Source of the DNA: an uncultured bacterium
Lineage (GTDB): Bacteria > Babelota > Babeliae > Babelales > Vermiphilaceae
Direction of reading: 5' to 3'
NCBI GenBank assembly: GCA_963695335.1
Contig: OY968764.1
Coordinates: 256,001-320,000, forward strand
DNA length: 64,000 nucleotides
Within the stretch, counting starts at the first letter, position 1; each line of letters opens with the position of its first letter. The position numbers and the translations under genes are program-made. Of this stretch, positions 28,408-38,594 are shown one piece after another. The notes beneath the pieces are model-generated. The model searched no databases and had not been told where the DNA came from. It saw only the letters and a program-made list of their open reading frames with translations.

Positions 28408-29271
28408 ATGAAACATCCTTTTTTGACCATAGCCTTTGTTGTATCTTCATGCATTGTTGCTTTATTCGCTTTTAGATGCACACAAGAGCTGTTTCAAAAG
28501 AAAAAAGAGAGTAAATCTATAAACAAAGATGTGAACAATATGAAACTCAGTATTGTTATTCCCGCATATAATGAAGCAAATCGGATAGAAAGAACCCTAC
28601 GAACATATCATGAATATTTTGCAGCAAAACATATGCCTTTTGAATTGGTTGTAGTATTAAATGGTTGCAAAGATAATACTATTGGTGTTGTTGAACGCGT
28701 ACGCAAAGATCTTGCAACTAATACCATAGTGATCATTGATCTACCACAAGCAGGAAAAGGCCTTGCTATTAAAGCAGGTTTTGCTGATGCGCTTACCAGA
28801 AATAATGATTTAATTGGCTTTGTTGATGCTGATATGGCAACAAAACCTGAAGCATATGATGATCTTATTGCTAATATTGGTGACAATGACGGTATTATTG
28901 CAAGCCGTTACATGCCTGGCGCACAAATTTCTCCACCACGCCCTGCATACAAACGTTATGGAAGTAGATTAGTATACGACCCGTTAAAATGGCTACTTTT
29001 TGGTTTATCATATTACGATACCCAGTGCGGTGCAAAGCTGTTCAAACGAGCAACTTTAGAGACCGTTAATCCACAATTAACAGTCGCTCAATGGGCTTTT
29101 GATGCTGAATTGTTATATCTATGCAAAAAAGCTGGTTACACTGTCATAGAAATTCCAACAGTCTGGGAAGATCAAGCTGAAAGTAAACTCACCCTTAAAG
29201 GTGGCATACGCATGATTAGTTCTCTATTCCAAGCGCGATGGCAACATTTTTGGTCAAAGAAAAAAGCATAA
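28408..29271 (+). CDS. GT2 polyprenyl-phosphate glycosyltransferase (ALG5/DPM1-like) with N-terminal anchor
   Basis: LSIVIPAYNE, GKG.AI..G, FVDAD, ASR, DTQCGAKLF, WAFDAELL. Confidence 0.9.
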   Translation: MKHPFLTIAFVVSSCIVALFAFRCTQELFQKKKESKSINKDVNNMKLSIVIPAYNEANRIERTLRTYHEYFAAKHMPFELVVVLNGCKDNTIGVVERVRKDLATNTIVIIDLPQAGKGLAIKAGFADALTRNNDLIGFVDADMATKPEAYDDLIANIGDNDGIIASRYMPGAQISPPRPAYKRYGSRLVYDPLKWLLFGLSYYDTQCGAKLFKRATLETVNPQLTVAQWAFDAELLYLCKKAGYTVIEIPTVWEDQAESKLTLKGGIRMISSLFQARWQHFWSKKKA

Positions 29272-29275
29272 AACA

Positions 29276-29299
29276 AAAACCCCGAGCAATCGGGGTTTT
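29276..29299. terminator. Bidirectional terminator
   Basis: aaaaccccga-gcaa-tcggggtttt between convergent genes. Confidence 0.75.
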
Positions 29300-29318
29300 A
29301 TGATTCATCAATTACATA

Positions 29319-29705
29319 TTACCGTTTATAGGTCAACACCGTATCAACCAAATTATCAATTAATTCACTTAAGGATAATTTTCTTTTTTGCGCCTCTTTG
29401 CTAATCAGATAATGTCGCCTACTTGTTGTCCGATACGATATATTACCTTTAAAATCTTCTGCCCTAATGGGCTCTGGAATATCTTGATTATTTTCCATAT
29501 AAAATTCAATTGCTGCAGATATTGGCTCTTGAATTAATTTCATCGCCTCATCTACCGATGGGGCATCTGTACATATCCCCGGCAATTCATTAACACACAC
29601 AACATATATTTTACTATCATTTTCATCTCTTGCTTGTTCAACTGTGTATGTCCATGGCAAATTGAGATAATAACTTAATTTTTTATACTGTTTTTTAATA
29701 GCCAT
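29319..29705 (-). CDS. hicB: HicB-family antitoxin
   Basis: YYLNLPW, ELPGIC.D..SVDEA, IPEP, FKGNISYR, LSLSELI ribbon-helix-helix tail. Confidence 0.88.
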   Translation of the reverse strand: MAIKKQYKKLSYYLNLPWTYTVEQARDENDSKIYVVCVNELPGICTDAPSVDEAMKLIQEPISAAIEFYMENNQDIPEPIRAEDFKGNISYRTTSRRHYLISKEAQKRKLSLSELIDNLVDTVLTYKR

Positions 29706-29922
29706 GATCTTTTAAAACCTCCTCTAAATCTTTGAGTTGATATGATAACAGTTGCGATCGCTTTTTAATAGTTACATGTTTATAGCCATTTTTTCTAAAA
29801 ACATGATGCGATCCTCTAATTTTTAACTCATACCCTAATCCTAGCAATATCTTTTCTGCATCGCTATAAGATACCTGCTGATAATCAAAAATCTTCTGAA
29901 TTAATTTCTCGATTTTACTCAT
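29695..29922 (-). CDS. hicA: HicA-family toxin
   Basis: 75 aa; L..LGY...RGSHHVF; overlaps hicB. Confidence 0.88.
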   Translation of the reverse strand: MSKIEKLIQKIFDYQQVSYSDAEKILLGLGYELKIRGSHHVFRKNGYKHVTIKKRSQLLSYQLKDLEEVLKDHGY

Positions 29923-29957
29923 AAGAGATCTTTTCCTTTGAAAGATTTACACAATTA

Positions 29958-29988
29958 AAATGATATCATATACGATATCATTTGTCAT
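29958..29988 (-). promoter_or_regulatory. hicAB promoter with overlapping palindromic operator
   Basis: aaatgatatc-atatac-gatatcattt perfect 10-bp arms; ATGACA-17-TATCAT on the minus strand. Confidence 0.65.
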
Positions 29989-30039
29989 CCCTAAAAAGCA
30001 AATATCTAAAAAATTAAAATCAATTAAACAAAAAATATT

Positions 30040-31272
30040 TTAAACCTGTATCGGATATTCCGCACACATACCACGCACCTTAACTTTGATCGCATTCAAC
30101 ACCGTATCATTATCATGGTGACGAATAGCATCATCGATTAAATGCACAATCTGTTGTGCTACCTCAATCTTCATACCACGCGTTGTAATAGCAGGTGTTC
30201 CAATACGAATACCACTTGTTATCCATGGTTTTTCTGGATCAAATGGAATACAGCTACGCGTTACAGTAATACCTGCTTTTTCTAATGCCACTTCTGCTTT
30301 AAGGCCTGTAATATTTTTTGACCGCAAATCAACAATAAACAGATGATTATCCGTTCCACCAGAAACTATACGATATCCCAAATCAATCAACTCTTGTGCC
30401 ATTGCATGCGCATTAACAATGATTTGCTTTTGATATTCAACAAATGATGGTTGCAGCGCTTCATGGAATGCTACCGCTTTTGCAGCGATTGTGTTCATCA
30501 ATGGCCCACCCTGCATACCCGGTATAATTGCACGGTCAATTTTGGCTGCATGTGCAGCTGTTGTCATAATTAAACCACCTCGCGGACCGCGCAATGTTTT
30601 ATGTGTTGTACTGGTGGTAAAATCAGCGCAATTAACAGGATTTGGATGCAGCCCAGCAGCCACTAAACCAGCAATATGAGCAATATCAGCGAGCAATAAC
30701 GCATTTACATCATGTGCTATTTTAGCAAGCCGTTCAAAATCTATGGTGCGTGAATATGCTGAAGCGCCGGAAATAATCAGTTTTGGCTGACATTCTTGCG
30801 CCATCTTTTCAATAGCATCGTAATCAAGAAGTTCTGTTTCTTTATCAACGGTATATTGAACACTTTTAAATAACGTTCCAGAAAAGTTAACGCCATGGCC
30901 ATGCGTCAAATGCCCACCAGAAGCTAAACTCATGCCTAAAATAGTATCACCCGGCTGCAATAAAGAAAAATATACTGCCATATTTGCCTGTGAACCAGAA
31001 TGTGGTTGCACATTAGCATGCTCTGCATGAAATAACTGCTTACAACGCTCAATAGCAAGCATTTCTGCCTCATCTATCACTGCACATCCAGGGTAATACC
31101 TTTTTCCTGGATATCCTTCAGCGTATTTATTGGTGAGTACTGATCCTGTTGCTTGCATCACTGCCGATGAAGCATAATTTTCTGAAGCAATCAGGTTAAT
31201 TGTCTCTTCTTGACGCTGTTCTTCACGCTCGATCAATTGAGCTACTTGGGGGTCTACTATATTCAAATTCAT
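30040..31272 (-). CDS. glyA: Serine hydroxymethyltransferase
   Basis: [45 protein letters not shown]. Confidence 0.98.
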   Translation of the reverse strand: MNLNIVDPQVAQLIEREEQRQEETINLIASENYASSAVMQATGSVLTNKYAEGYPGKRYYPGCAVIDEAEMLAIERCKQLFHAEHANVQPHSGSQANMAVYFSLLQPGDTILGMSLASGGHLTHGHGVNFSGTLFKSVQYTVDKETELLDYDAIEKMAQECQPKLIISGASAYSRTIDFERLAKIAHDVNALLLADIAHIAGLVAAGLHPNPVNCADFTTSTTHKTLRGPRGGLIMTTAAHAAKIDRAIIPGMQGGPLMNTIAAKAVAFHEALQPSFVEYQKQIIVNAHAMAQELIDLGYRIVSGGTDNHLFIVDLRSKNITGLKAEVALEKAGITVTRSCIPFDPEKPWITSGIRIGTPAITTRGMKIEVAQQIVHLIDDAIRHHDNDTVLNAIKVKVRGMCAEYPIQV

Positions 31273-31359
31273 AACATACCTTCAAATAATTTTTATAGTT
31301 GTATCTAGAATATATACCATAAAAACGTAACTTCCACTCCTTCTTATTTTTCTCTCTAG

Positions 31360-31427
31360 CGCTCGCCCTGAACTTGTTGAATGGTATCTTGGAGCGCTTA
31401 ATCCTTCGACAAGCTCAGGATGAGCGG
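31360..31427. repeat. Inverted pair of family A REP-like elements
   Basis: cgctcgccctgaacttgttgaatgg ... ccttcgacaagctcaggatgagcgg. Confidence 0.8.
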
Positions 31428-31525
31428 TGAAGGATGCCCTTTTTGCAACCCGCTTCATTTGCCTTTTTTCAAGCCTTTTTTTATACTGAGAAAAGAAACA
31501 AACCCATATCCATAAGGGAAATATC

Positions 31526-32092
31526 GTGATATCTACGACTGAATTTAAAAAAGGCGCAAAAATTCTTTATAACAACGCCCCATACATCATTCTTGATTAC
31601 CATAGCGTAAAACCAGGAAAAGGCGGCGCATTCGTTAAAACTAAAATGAGAAACATGATCACCGGGCTTATTTGGGAAGATACCTTCCGTTCTGGTGAAA
31701 AATTTGAGCAACCTGACCTTGAGTACCATGAAATGCAATATCTTTACGCTGATGGCGAATTATACAACTTCATGGACCAAGAAAGTTTCGACCAAATAGC
31801 ATTCAATAAAGAACAGATTGAAGAAGTATTAGATTTCTTAAAAGAACAAGAGATTTATAACGTTGTTTATTTTGATGGCAAACCAATCACGGTAACTCCT
31901 CCAATGTTTATGGAAATGACCATCAAAGAAGCTATGCCAGGTGTACGTGGCGATACCGCTCAAGGTGGCGCAACAAAACCAGCAACACTTGAATCAGGTC
32001 TTGTTGTCCAAGTGCCTTTATTTGTTAACGAAGGCGATATCGTAAAAATAGATACACGTGATAGAACCTACATGGAACGTGTTAAAAAATAA
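31526..32092 (+). CDS. efp: Elongation factor P
   Basis: KPGKGGAFV, YLY.DG, GVRGDT, KPATLESG..VQVPLFV; GTG start. Confidence 0.97.
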   Translation: MISTTEFKKGAKILYNNAPYIILDYHSVKPGKGGAFVKTKMRNMITGLIWEDTFRSGEKFEQPDLEYHEMQYLYADGELYNFMDQESFDQIAFNKEQIEEVLDFLKEQEIYNVVYFDGKPITVTPPMFMEMTIKEAMPGVRGDTAQGGATKPATLESGLVVQVPLFVNEGDIVKIDTRDRTYMERVKK

Positions 32093-32119
32093 TCTTAATT
32101 TAATAGGGGGAATTGAGTT

Positions 32120-32668
32120 ATGTCTTCACTTTTTGTATCACCAGATGATGATAAATTACAAGAAAACGAATTATCCAGCCCTTCTTCTCATGAAGATTCA
32201 GAAGAAAGTGGAATGACACCTAAATCATATGATGATTTATCTCGTCGCGATGTTCGTTCTCTTGTTTTTCATTTTTTATATGCAGCAGAAGCTTTTAACT
32301 ACGAAGAATCCGTACAATCTATAATTGATAATTTTAATCGTGGCTACGATCTCAATGTACCTCTACAAGGTGAACTTTTTAATGTGGTTAATGATATTGT
32401 TAACAAAAGAGAAGAGCTTGAGCACATTTACTCACCGTATCTTGCAAATTGGCGCTCTGAACGCGTAAGTGTCTGTACTAAACTCATTTTATTGTTTGCT
32501 ATTTGGGAACTGAAATATACAGAAACTGATGCTCGCATTATTATTAATGAAGCGATTGAACTTGCTAAATGTTTTGCAGAAGAAGATGCCTACAGATTTG
32601 TTAATGGGATATTAGATTCAGCTTCCAAAGATTTACGTAAAGAATTAACTATCAATACTGAAAGTTGA
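32120..32668 (+). CDS. nusB: Transcription antitermination factor NusB
   Basis: RR..R, L.NW..ER, IINEAIELAKCF, FVNGILD; acidic N-terminal extension. Confidence 0.93.
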   Translation: MSSLFVSPDDDKLQENELSSPSSHEDSEESGMTPKSYDDLSRRDVRSLVFHFLYAAEAFNYEESVQSIIDNFNRGYDLNVPLQGELFNVVNDIVNKREELEHIYSPYLANWRSERVSVCTKLILLFAIWELKYTETDARIIINEAIELAKCFAEEDAYRFVNGILDSASKDLRKELTINTES

Positions 32669-33432
32669 CGATCTCTTTCTAACAAATCGCCTCTCTGCGC
32701 ATCATGAATAAATAGAGGCTCTTTATCATCGTCAAAATGAATAATATTTGGTTCTGATATATTATCTTTAACATCTTTATTTTCTAAATACTGCTTAAAA
32801 TGCCGATGTACATAAGCAATCCATTTGCCAATTAATGGATGATGTAACCCAGCATGATCTGGTTCTTTTCCATTAATCAATACACGTAAATTAGCAATAC
32901 GTTTATGATCAGGAAATTCACGAACAGATAAGCCTAAAACGGTTTGAATAAGATCTTCAAAAGAAAAGAGATTATACAAATACTGTATAATCTTCATATT
33001 GGGCAAATAGTTGCTCATAACAGGCGTACCAAGTGTAAACAACGCACGAATACAATGTTTATTACCCTCTTCTTGCGCCAGAAAATGCGATGCTAAAGTT
33101 ACTACATTACCGCCATGGCTGTGAGCTATAATAAAAATGGTCGTATTTTCATCATATGTTTTAATAAGTTGTACAAGATTTTGTGCTGCTTTTATCCGTG
33201 ATTCATGACCACATCCTCCACTCCAACGAAACGGCACGACAACACTGTTTTTGTCATAGACAGTTTTTTCTAATGCTACAAAAAAATCACCTTCTGGAAC
33301 ATACCAACTGCAATCGGCACCCCATGTGCCGTGAATAAGAATAAATACAGATTGCGCCTTAATAAGCGCTCCCATCCATATCATGCATATAAAAAAAAGT
33401 GTCCTAATTTTTCTGATAACACGCATACTCAT
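32590..33432 (-). CDS. Secreted alpha/beta hydrolase
   Basis: ILIHGTW, FRWSG, IAHSHGGNV nucleophile elbow, TLGTP; signal-like N-terminus. Confidence 0.85.
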   Translation of the reverse strand: MSMRVIRKIRTLFFICMIWMGALIKAQSVFILIHGTWGADCSWYVPEGDFFVALEKTVYDKNSVVVPFRWSGGCGHESRIKAAQNLVQLIKTYDENTTIFIIAHSHGGNVVTLASHFLAQEEGNKHCIRALFTLGTPVMSNYLPNMKIIQYLYNLFSFEDLIQTVLGLSVREFPDHKRIANLRVLINGKEPDHAGLHHPLIGKWIAYVHRHFKQYLENKDVKDNISEPNIIHFDDDKEPLFIHDAQRGDLLERDRQLSVLIVNSLRKSLEAESNIPLTNL

Positions 33433-33592
33433 CTCTTATAAAAAAACCTCTGTTTTTAGTATAAGCATCACGCTTTTTTCAGTCAAAATTTTATAGAATT
33501 ATTTTTATCTTATTGACAATCTAAAATAGATAAATTTATAATTTCATAGTGAAATTTACCTAGATCAAAGCCCATCAAAAAAGGAACCTCGT

Positions 33593-34546
33593 ATGAAAAA
33601 AATATCATTGTTAACAGCCACTGTACTCTGTATTTCTACCATCAACAATAACATCACTGCCCCCCGACAAAAATTTTCTGATGAACACATTCTGGGGCCA
33701 CAAATGATCAGAGAATTAGGAGAAGATGTAAAAGTAAAAAATCTTGCTTTTAGAAACGCTGTTGGAGACGTTGAAAGACAAGAAGCATTAAAAAATGCGC
33801 ATATGGCTGCACAAACATTACTCAATACACTGAATGACATCAAAACATATGGCAATGAAACTATTAGAGGTTATAATGCTGCGCAAAGAAGACAAGCTGG
33901 TATAAACTTGGCTGAATTACGTACACGTGCAAACTGTATCAACGTAGAAATTGATAATAAAAGAATGGAAAAAATGGATATGACAGAAGAAGGTTATATC
34001 TTTGAACCTGTAAAGCTAGGAAAAGCAGAGCCTTACGCACAAGCCACAAAAGATCTGAGAGCTCTTATTGCAGAAGAAAAAAGCACACAACTGGCTATCA
34101 AAAATCAAGAAGCAATCTTAGGAACAGAATGGAGCAATGCAATAAAACTCGCTATACAAAATTTAATCGTAGGAAATTCATATGGTATTGCATACGGAAT
34201 TGATTGGTATTTTGGCGATCGTGGTGCAAAATTAATGGTGGAGAAAAATCAACCTCAAGCAGCAGCTCCTGCGAGAAAAGTTAAAAAATCAATGCCTTTG
34301 ACTCAAAAACAGAAATCTGCTATAAAATCATGGAATCATCTCCGTAAAAATGAACTTTTATCTAAAGAAATCACAACAGCTTACCAATTAACTCAAGCAA
34401 AAGAACTTCTTAATAAACTCAATATGGTTAAAGATGATCTACAAAATATCCCATTAAAACATAAATATATTTTAGATAGAGTTACAGAAAGTTCTGAATC
34501 TCTTACAAGAAAAATAGATCGTGCAAAAACGCGTTGGTTAAAATAA
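33593..34546 (+). CDS. Hypothetical secreted helical protein
   Basis: 317 aa ORF with signal-like N-terminus and AGGA RBS. Confidence 0.7.
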   Translation: MKKISLLTATVLCISTINNNITAPRQKFSDEHILGPQMIRELGEDVKVKNLAFRNAVGDVERQEALKNAHMAAQTLLNTLNDIKTYGNETIRGYNAAQRRQAGINLAELRTRANCINVEIDNKRMEKMDMTEEGYIFEPVKLGKAEPYAQATKDLRALIAEEKSTQLAIKNQEAILGTEWSNAIKLAIQNLIVGNSYGIAYGIDWYFGDRGAKLMVEKNQPQAAAPARKVKKSMPLTQKQKSAIKSWNHLRKNELLSKEITTAYQLTQAKELLNKLNMVKDDLQNIPLKHKYILDRVTESSESLTRKIDRAKTRWLK

Positions 34547-34566
34547 ATTACACAAAGAAGCATAAC

Positions 34567-34599
34567 AAAAACCCCTGCAAAAAAATTGCAGGGGTTTTT
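34567..34599. terminator. Bidirectional terminator
   Basis: aaaaacccctgcaa...ttgcaggggttttt between convergent genes. Confidence 0.8.
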
Positions 34600-34618
34600 A
34601 TTTTAAATTCAAATGAAT

Positions 34619-35119
34619 TTATTGTTCTTCATCGCAAGATTCATCGTCACAAGAACCTTCTTCACAAGATTCATCATCTGAACATGAACTTGGAGCTTCA
34701 TACTCAAAAAGATCAGGGAAGAACAGTTCCAATTCAAATACTGCAGTTGCAGATGAATCTGAACCATGAACAGCATTGTTGCCAATACTTGTTCCAAATT
34801 TCTGACGAACTGTTCCTGCAGCTGCTTTAGAAGGATCTGTAGCACCAATCAACTCGCGCCATGAATTAATAGCATCATCTTTATGAAGCGCCATAATAAT
34901 CACAGGAGCAGATGTAACAAATTCAACAAGCTCGCCAAAGAAAGGTCTTTCTTTGTGTACGCCGTAAAATTCGTGTGCCAAATCACTTGCAATAATAACT
35001 TTTTGCAAACGAACAATTTCAAAACCGTTTTGCTCAATCATGTCAATGATTTTACCACTGTTTTTAGCAGCAACAGCATCAGGTTTGATCATCGCAAAAG
35101 TCAATTTTGTTAATTCCAT
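34619..35119 (-). CDS. ndk: Nucleoside diphosphate kinase with acidic Cys-containing tail
   Basis: TFAMIKPDAV, FYGVHKERPFF, GTVR, NAVHGSDS. Confidence 0.96.
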   Translation of the reverse strand: MELTKLTFAMIKPDAVAAKNSGKIIDMIEQNGFEIVRLQKVIIASDLAHEFYGVHKERPFFGELVEFVTSAPVIIMALHKDDAINSWRELIGATDPSKAAAGTVRQKFGTSIGNNAVHGSDSSATAVFELELFFPDLFEYEAPSSCSDDESCEEGSCDDESCDEEQ

Positions 35120-35137
35120 ATCAATATCCTTATGCTC

Positions 35138-37012
35138 TTATTCTTGAGAATTTTTATCAGATTTTTGCATTGCAGATTCAAGAGCAATCTGTAAAGAACC
35201 ACGCACTTTTTGTTGCGTTTCTTCTTTTTTCTCTTTTTTAGGCTGCGGTCTGTTCTCTATAACTCTAGGCTGTTGCTTAGGTTGAACTGAACGTGCAGAT
35301 TCTGATTTTTCTTTTTTAGATTGTTCAGTTTTTTTAGGCTCAACTTTTTTGGGTTCTTGTTTTTTCTCTTCAAGAAGTGTACTTAAAGCAAGCTTACGTT
35401 CTTCTTTGTTGATATTAACAATACGGAATTGAGCTTTTTGACCAACAGTAAAGATTTCTTCAGCTTTTTTGCCTTGTTCTTGTGAAAGAACTGTGTTATG
35501 CACAAGACCTTCAATATGATTTGGCAATCTTACAAAAGCACCAAAATTAGTTATTTTGCTCACTTCACCTTCAACAATTGATCCTGCTGGATATTCTTCT
35601 GCAACTTTCTCCCATGGATCAATAGATAATTGTTTGATACCAAGTGAGATTTTTTTATTGTCTTTATCAATCGCTAAAACAACAGCTTCAACTTCTTGCC
35701 CTTGTTTATAACGATCTGATGGATGTTCAATATGTTCTGTCCAAGAAAGATCAGAAATGTGCACTAAACCATCAATACCTGGTAACAATTGTACAAACAC
35801 ACCAAAATCAGTAATGTTGCTGATTTTACCTTTAATTGTTTGCCCTGGTTTAAATTGTTCATTCACAGTTTCCCAAGGATTTTTGCCAAGCTGTTTCACA
35901 CTCAATGACATACGACGATTTTCTTTGTCGAGAGAAACAACAAGAACTTCAATCTCTTCGCCAACTTTATACAGACGATGAAGATCAGTAATGCGATCAG
36001 TCCATGAAATTTCAGAAATATGTACTAATCCTTCAACCTCTGGAGCAACTTCTATAAAGAGACCATAATCGGTAATACTTGAAATTTTACCTTTGATCTT
36101 GTTGCCAACCGCGATATCTGAGCTAATTTGATCCCATGGATTTGTTTGCAACTGTTTCAAGCCAAGAGAAATTTTCTCATTGTTTTTATCAAAACTAAGA
36201 ACTTTTACGCCAATAGTTTCGCCAATGCGTACCATTTCACTTGGATGAGCAACACGACCCCATGTCATATCAGTAATATGAAGAAGTCCGTCAACTCCGC
36301 CTATGTCTATAAATACACCATAATTAGTGATGTTTTTAACAACGCCTTGAATTATTTGACCTTCAGCCAATGTTTCTAAGATTTTCTTACGATCTTCTGA
36401 ACGTTGGTCATGGAGGTATTTGCGACGAGAAATGATCACATTTCCACGTTTTTTGTTCAATTTCAGAATACAAGCTTTGATAGATTGACCAACATATTGA
36501 TCAAAATCAGTGACGCGTTGTAGATCAATTTGTGAGCCTGGTAAGAATGCTGGAATACCAACATCTACATTCAAGCCACCTTTAACTTTATGAGTAACGA
36601 TACCTTCAATAGGCTCGCCTTTCTCAAAGAGCTTAGTAACCGCATCCCATGCGCGCATTTCTTTAGCTTTTTCATATGACAACACAATTCTGCCATTAAC
36701 ATCTTCGAGTTGATCAAGAATAACTTCGATTGCGTCGCCTGAATGTAACTTTTTAAGTTCATATTCGCCAAATTCATAGCGAGGGACTAGTCCACGAGAT
36801 TTGTATTTAATATCAACAAGAACACCACTATCTTCTACTGCAACAACCGTACCTGTGATCAATTTACCCAATTGAAAGGTTTCAACAGCACCTTTATAGA
36901 GGGCATCAAGCTCACGAAGAAGGTCTTCATTGAGTTGTAATGGTATTTCGTCGATATTTGCTTTGCTTTTAACCGTACAGAATTGTTCCGGTCTTATGAG
37001 TTCTTTTGACAT
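35138..37012 (-). CDS. rpsA: 30S ribosomal protein S1
   Basis: Six S1 repeats (GLLHITDMTW, GLVHISEISW, GLVHISDLSW). Confidence 0.97.
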   Translation of the reverse strand: MSKELIRPEQFCTVKSKANIDEIPLQLNEDLLRELDALYKGAVETFQLGKLITGTVVAVEDSGVLVDIKYKSRGLVPRYEFGEYELKKLHSGDAIEVILDQLEDVNGRIVLSYEKAKEMRAWDAVTKLFEKGEPIEGIVTHKVKGGLNVDVGIPAFLPGSQIDLQRVTDFDQYVGQSIKACILKLNKKRGNVIISRRKYLHDQRSEDRKKILETLAEGQIIQGVVKNITNYGVFIDIGGVDGLLHITDMTWGRVAHPSEMVRIGETIGVKVLSFDKNNEKISLGLKQLQTNPWDQISSDIAVGNKIKGKISSITDYGLFIEVAPEVEGLVHISEISWTDRITDLHRLYKVGEEIEVLVVSLDKENRRMSLSVKQLGKNPWETVNEQFKPGQTIKGKISNITDFGVFVQLLPGIDGLVHISDLSWTEHIEHPSDRYKQGQEVEAVVLAIDKDNKKISLGIKQLSIDPWEKVAEEYPAGSIVEGEVSKITNFGAFVRLPNHIEGLVHNTVLSQEQGKKAEEIFTVGQKAQFRIVNINKEERKLALSTLLEEKKQEPKKVEPKKTEQSKKEKSESARSVQPKQQPRVIENRPQPKKEKKEETQQKVRGSLQIALESAMQKSDKNSQE

Positions 37013-37142
37013 TCGTCTGATCCATGCTTTCCCCAGGAAGGGAAAAGGATTAAAGGGTTAAAAAATATACGATTATTAAAAATATCTTATTTTAGAGTAG
37101 CACAATTATCATAATCTGACAAATTGTCACTGAAAGGCGATT

Positions 37143-37478
37143 TTATACCTGATAGCCCCATTTTTTCAACTCTTGCTGTGCCTCTTGTCTCCAATCTTCT
37201 TGGAATTGTAAAGCTTGCTCTTTAGCACTTTCTCTCATCTGTCTTGCCAATTCATGCCGGCCAATTTGTATCATAGTGACAACCAAACGGTCATTATCCA
37301 TAATAACTCTAGCTCCATTTCGAGATGCTTCATATATAACATCCAATCTACGGCGATGATTATAATTCTTAGTTGGAATAGCATATACATCTATAAAACC
37401 TTGAGGTTCTTCAAGAGCATATCCTGTTGTTCCTGTCACTACCATCATACCTAACATAATCATGCGTATATTTTTCAT
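37143..37478 (-). CDS. Hypothetical secreted protein
   Basis: 111 aa; signal ending GYA|LEEP; AGGGG RBS. Confidence 0.65.
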   Translation of the reverse strand: MKNIRMIMLGMMVVTGTTGYALEEPQGFIDVYAIPTKNYNHRRRLDVIYEASRNGARVIMDNDRLVVTMIQIGRHELARQMRESAKEQALQFQEDWRQEAQQELKKWGYQV

Positions 37479-37615
37479 AATAACCCTTTAGCAAACTTAA
37501 AATTGATCCCCTATTAGTATAGCTAGACAACAAACTATTATAGCATGTTATATTCAACAAAAAAATTGAAAAACAAATTATAACACTATCTACGCTTATT
37601 TGACCTTTAAAAACA

Positions 37616-37650
37616 GGGTCCCCCAATAAAAGCGTAGCGATATTGGGGTC
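37616..37650. repeat. Family C palindrome directly upstream of ldh
   Basis: gggtc-ccccaata-aaagcgtagcga-tattgggg-tc. Confidence 0.55.
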
Positions 37651-37652
37651 AA

Positions 37653-38555
37653 ATGAAACACTCAAAAATAGCAATTATCGGAGCAGGAACAGTCGGCTCA
37701 ACCATTGCATATACTTTGCTACTTAAAACAATAACAGCCGAAGTAATCTTAGTAGATATTGATCAAACCCGCTGCCATGGTGAAATTTTAGACCTTTCTG
37801 ATGCTATGGCTTTTAATGGAACATCCATGATACGTGCAGGCACACCTACCGATGCGTCCCAAGCAGATATCATTATTATAACCGCAGGTAAGCCCCAAAA
37901 TCCTGGCGAAACTCGCTTAGACTTATTTACAACCAATAAAGCAATTATTACCGATATTTTTACTTCTATTAAACCAATCAATCCCCAAGCAATCATTATT
38001 ATGGTAACCAATCCGCTTGATCCATTAACTATGCTCGCGCAAAAATTATCAGATTTGCCTACTCATCAGGTATTTGGCACAGGAACATTTTTAGATACAT
38101 TACGCCTACGTGGACTTATTGCTCAAAAAACAGATGTTGCCATTGAATCAGTTAACGCATATGTTGTCGGTGAGCATGGAGATTCGCAATGCGCTGTATG
38201 GTCATCAGCAGATATCGCCGGAAAGCCCATCACCCAATTTCCGGGCATACAACAAAAAGATTTAGACATAATTGCTCAACAAGTAAAAGATAAAGCGTAT
38301 GAAATTATACAATGCAAAGGCTCAACTGCGTTTGGAATTGCTGCATGTGTTACAAAAATATGTGAAGCTATCATTTTTAATCAAAAAATAGTTATACCTC
38401 TTTCTACATACATTAAAGATTATAAAACATGCTTGAGTATGCCAGCTATTTTAGGAGAAAATGGTATTGAAAAAATTTTGTCCATGACGCTAAATGATAA
38501 TGAACAAAAAATAGTAAGCGACTCAGCTCAACAATTACATAAGTTCTTGATATGA
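37653..38555 (+). CDS. ldh: L-lactate dehydrogenase (LDH/MDH family)
   Basis: IIGAGTVG, TAG.PQNPGETRLDL (Gln at the specificity site), TNP.D, GTFLDTLR, GEHGDS. Confidence 0.88.
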   Translation: MKHSKIAIIGAGTVGSTIAYTLLLKTITAEVILVDIDQTRCHGEILDLSDAMAFNGTSMIRAGTPTDASQADIIIITAGKPQNPGETRLDLFTTNKAIITDIFTSIKPINPQAIIIMVTNPLDPLTMLAQKLSDLPTHQVFGTGTFLDTLRLRGLIAQKTDVAIESVNAYVVGEHGDSQCAVWSSADIAGKPITQFPGIQQKDLDIIAQQVKDKAYEIIQCKGSTAFGIAACVTKICEAIIFNQKIVIPLSTYIKDYKTCLSMPAILGENGIEKILSMTLNDNEQKIVSDSAQQLHKFLI

Positions 38556-38594
38556 TTTAAAAAAATTTAAAAATAATACTGTAAAAGTTTACCC

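Noticed and set aside
31273..31525. ZTP or glycine riboswitch upstream of glyA
   Set aside because: The structure is explained by a family A repeat pair; no aptamer consensus recognised
34534..34848. ORFs 34534-34830 and 34609-34848
   Set aside because: Alternative-frame or antisense shadows of ndk
37012..37062. Hairpin in the rpsA leader as an autoregulatory element
   Set aside because: Plausible but one short stem is not enough support without comparative data
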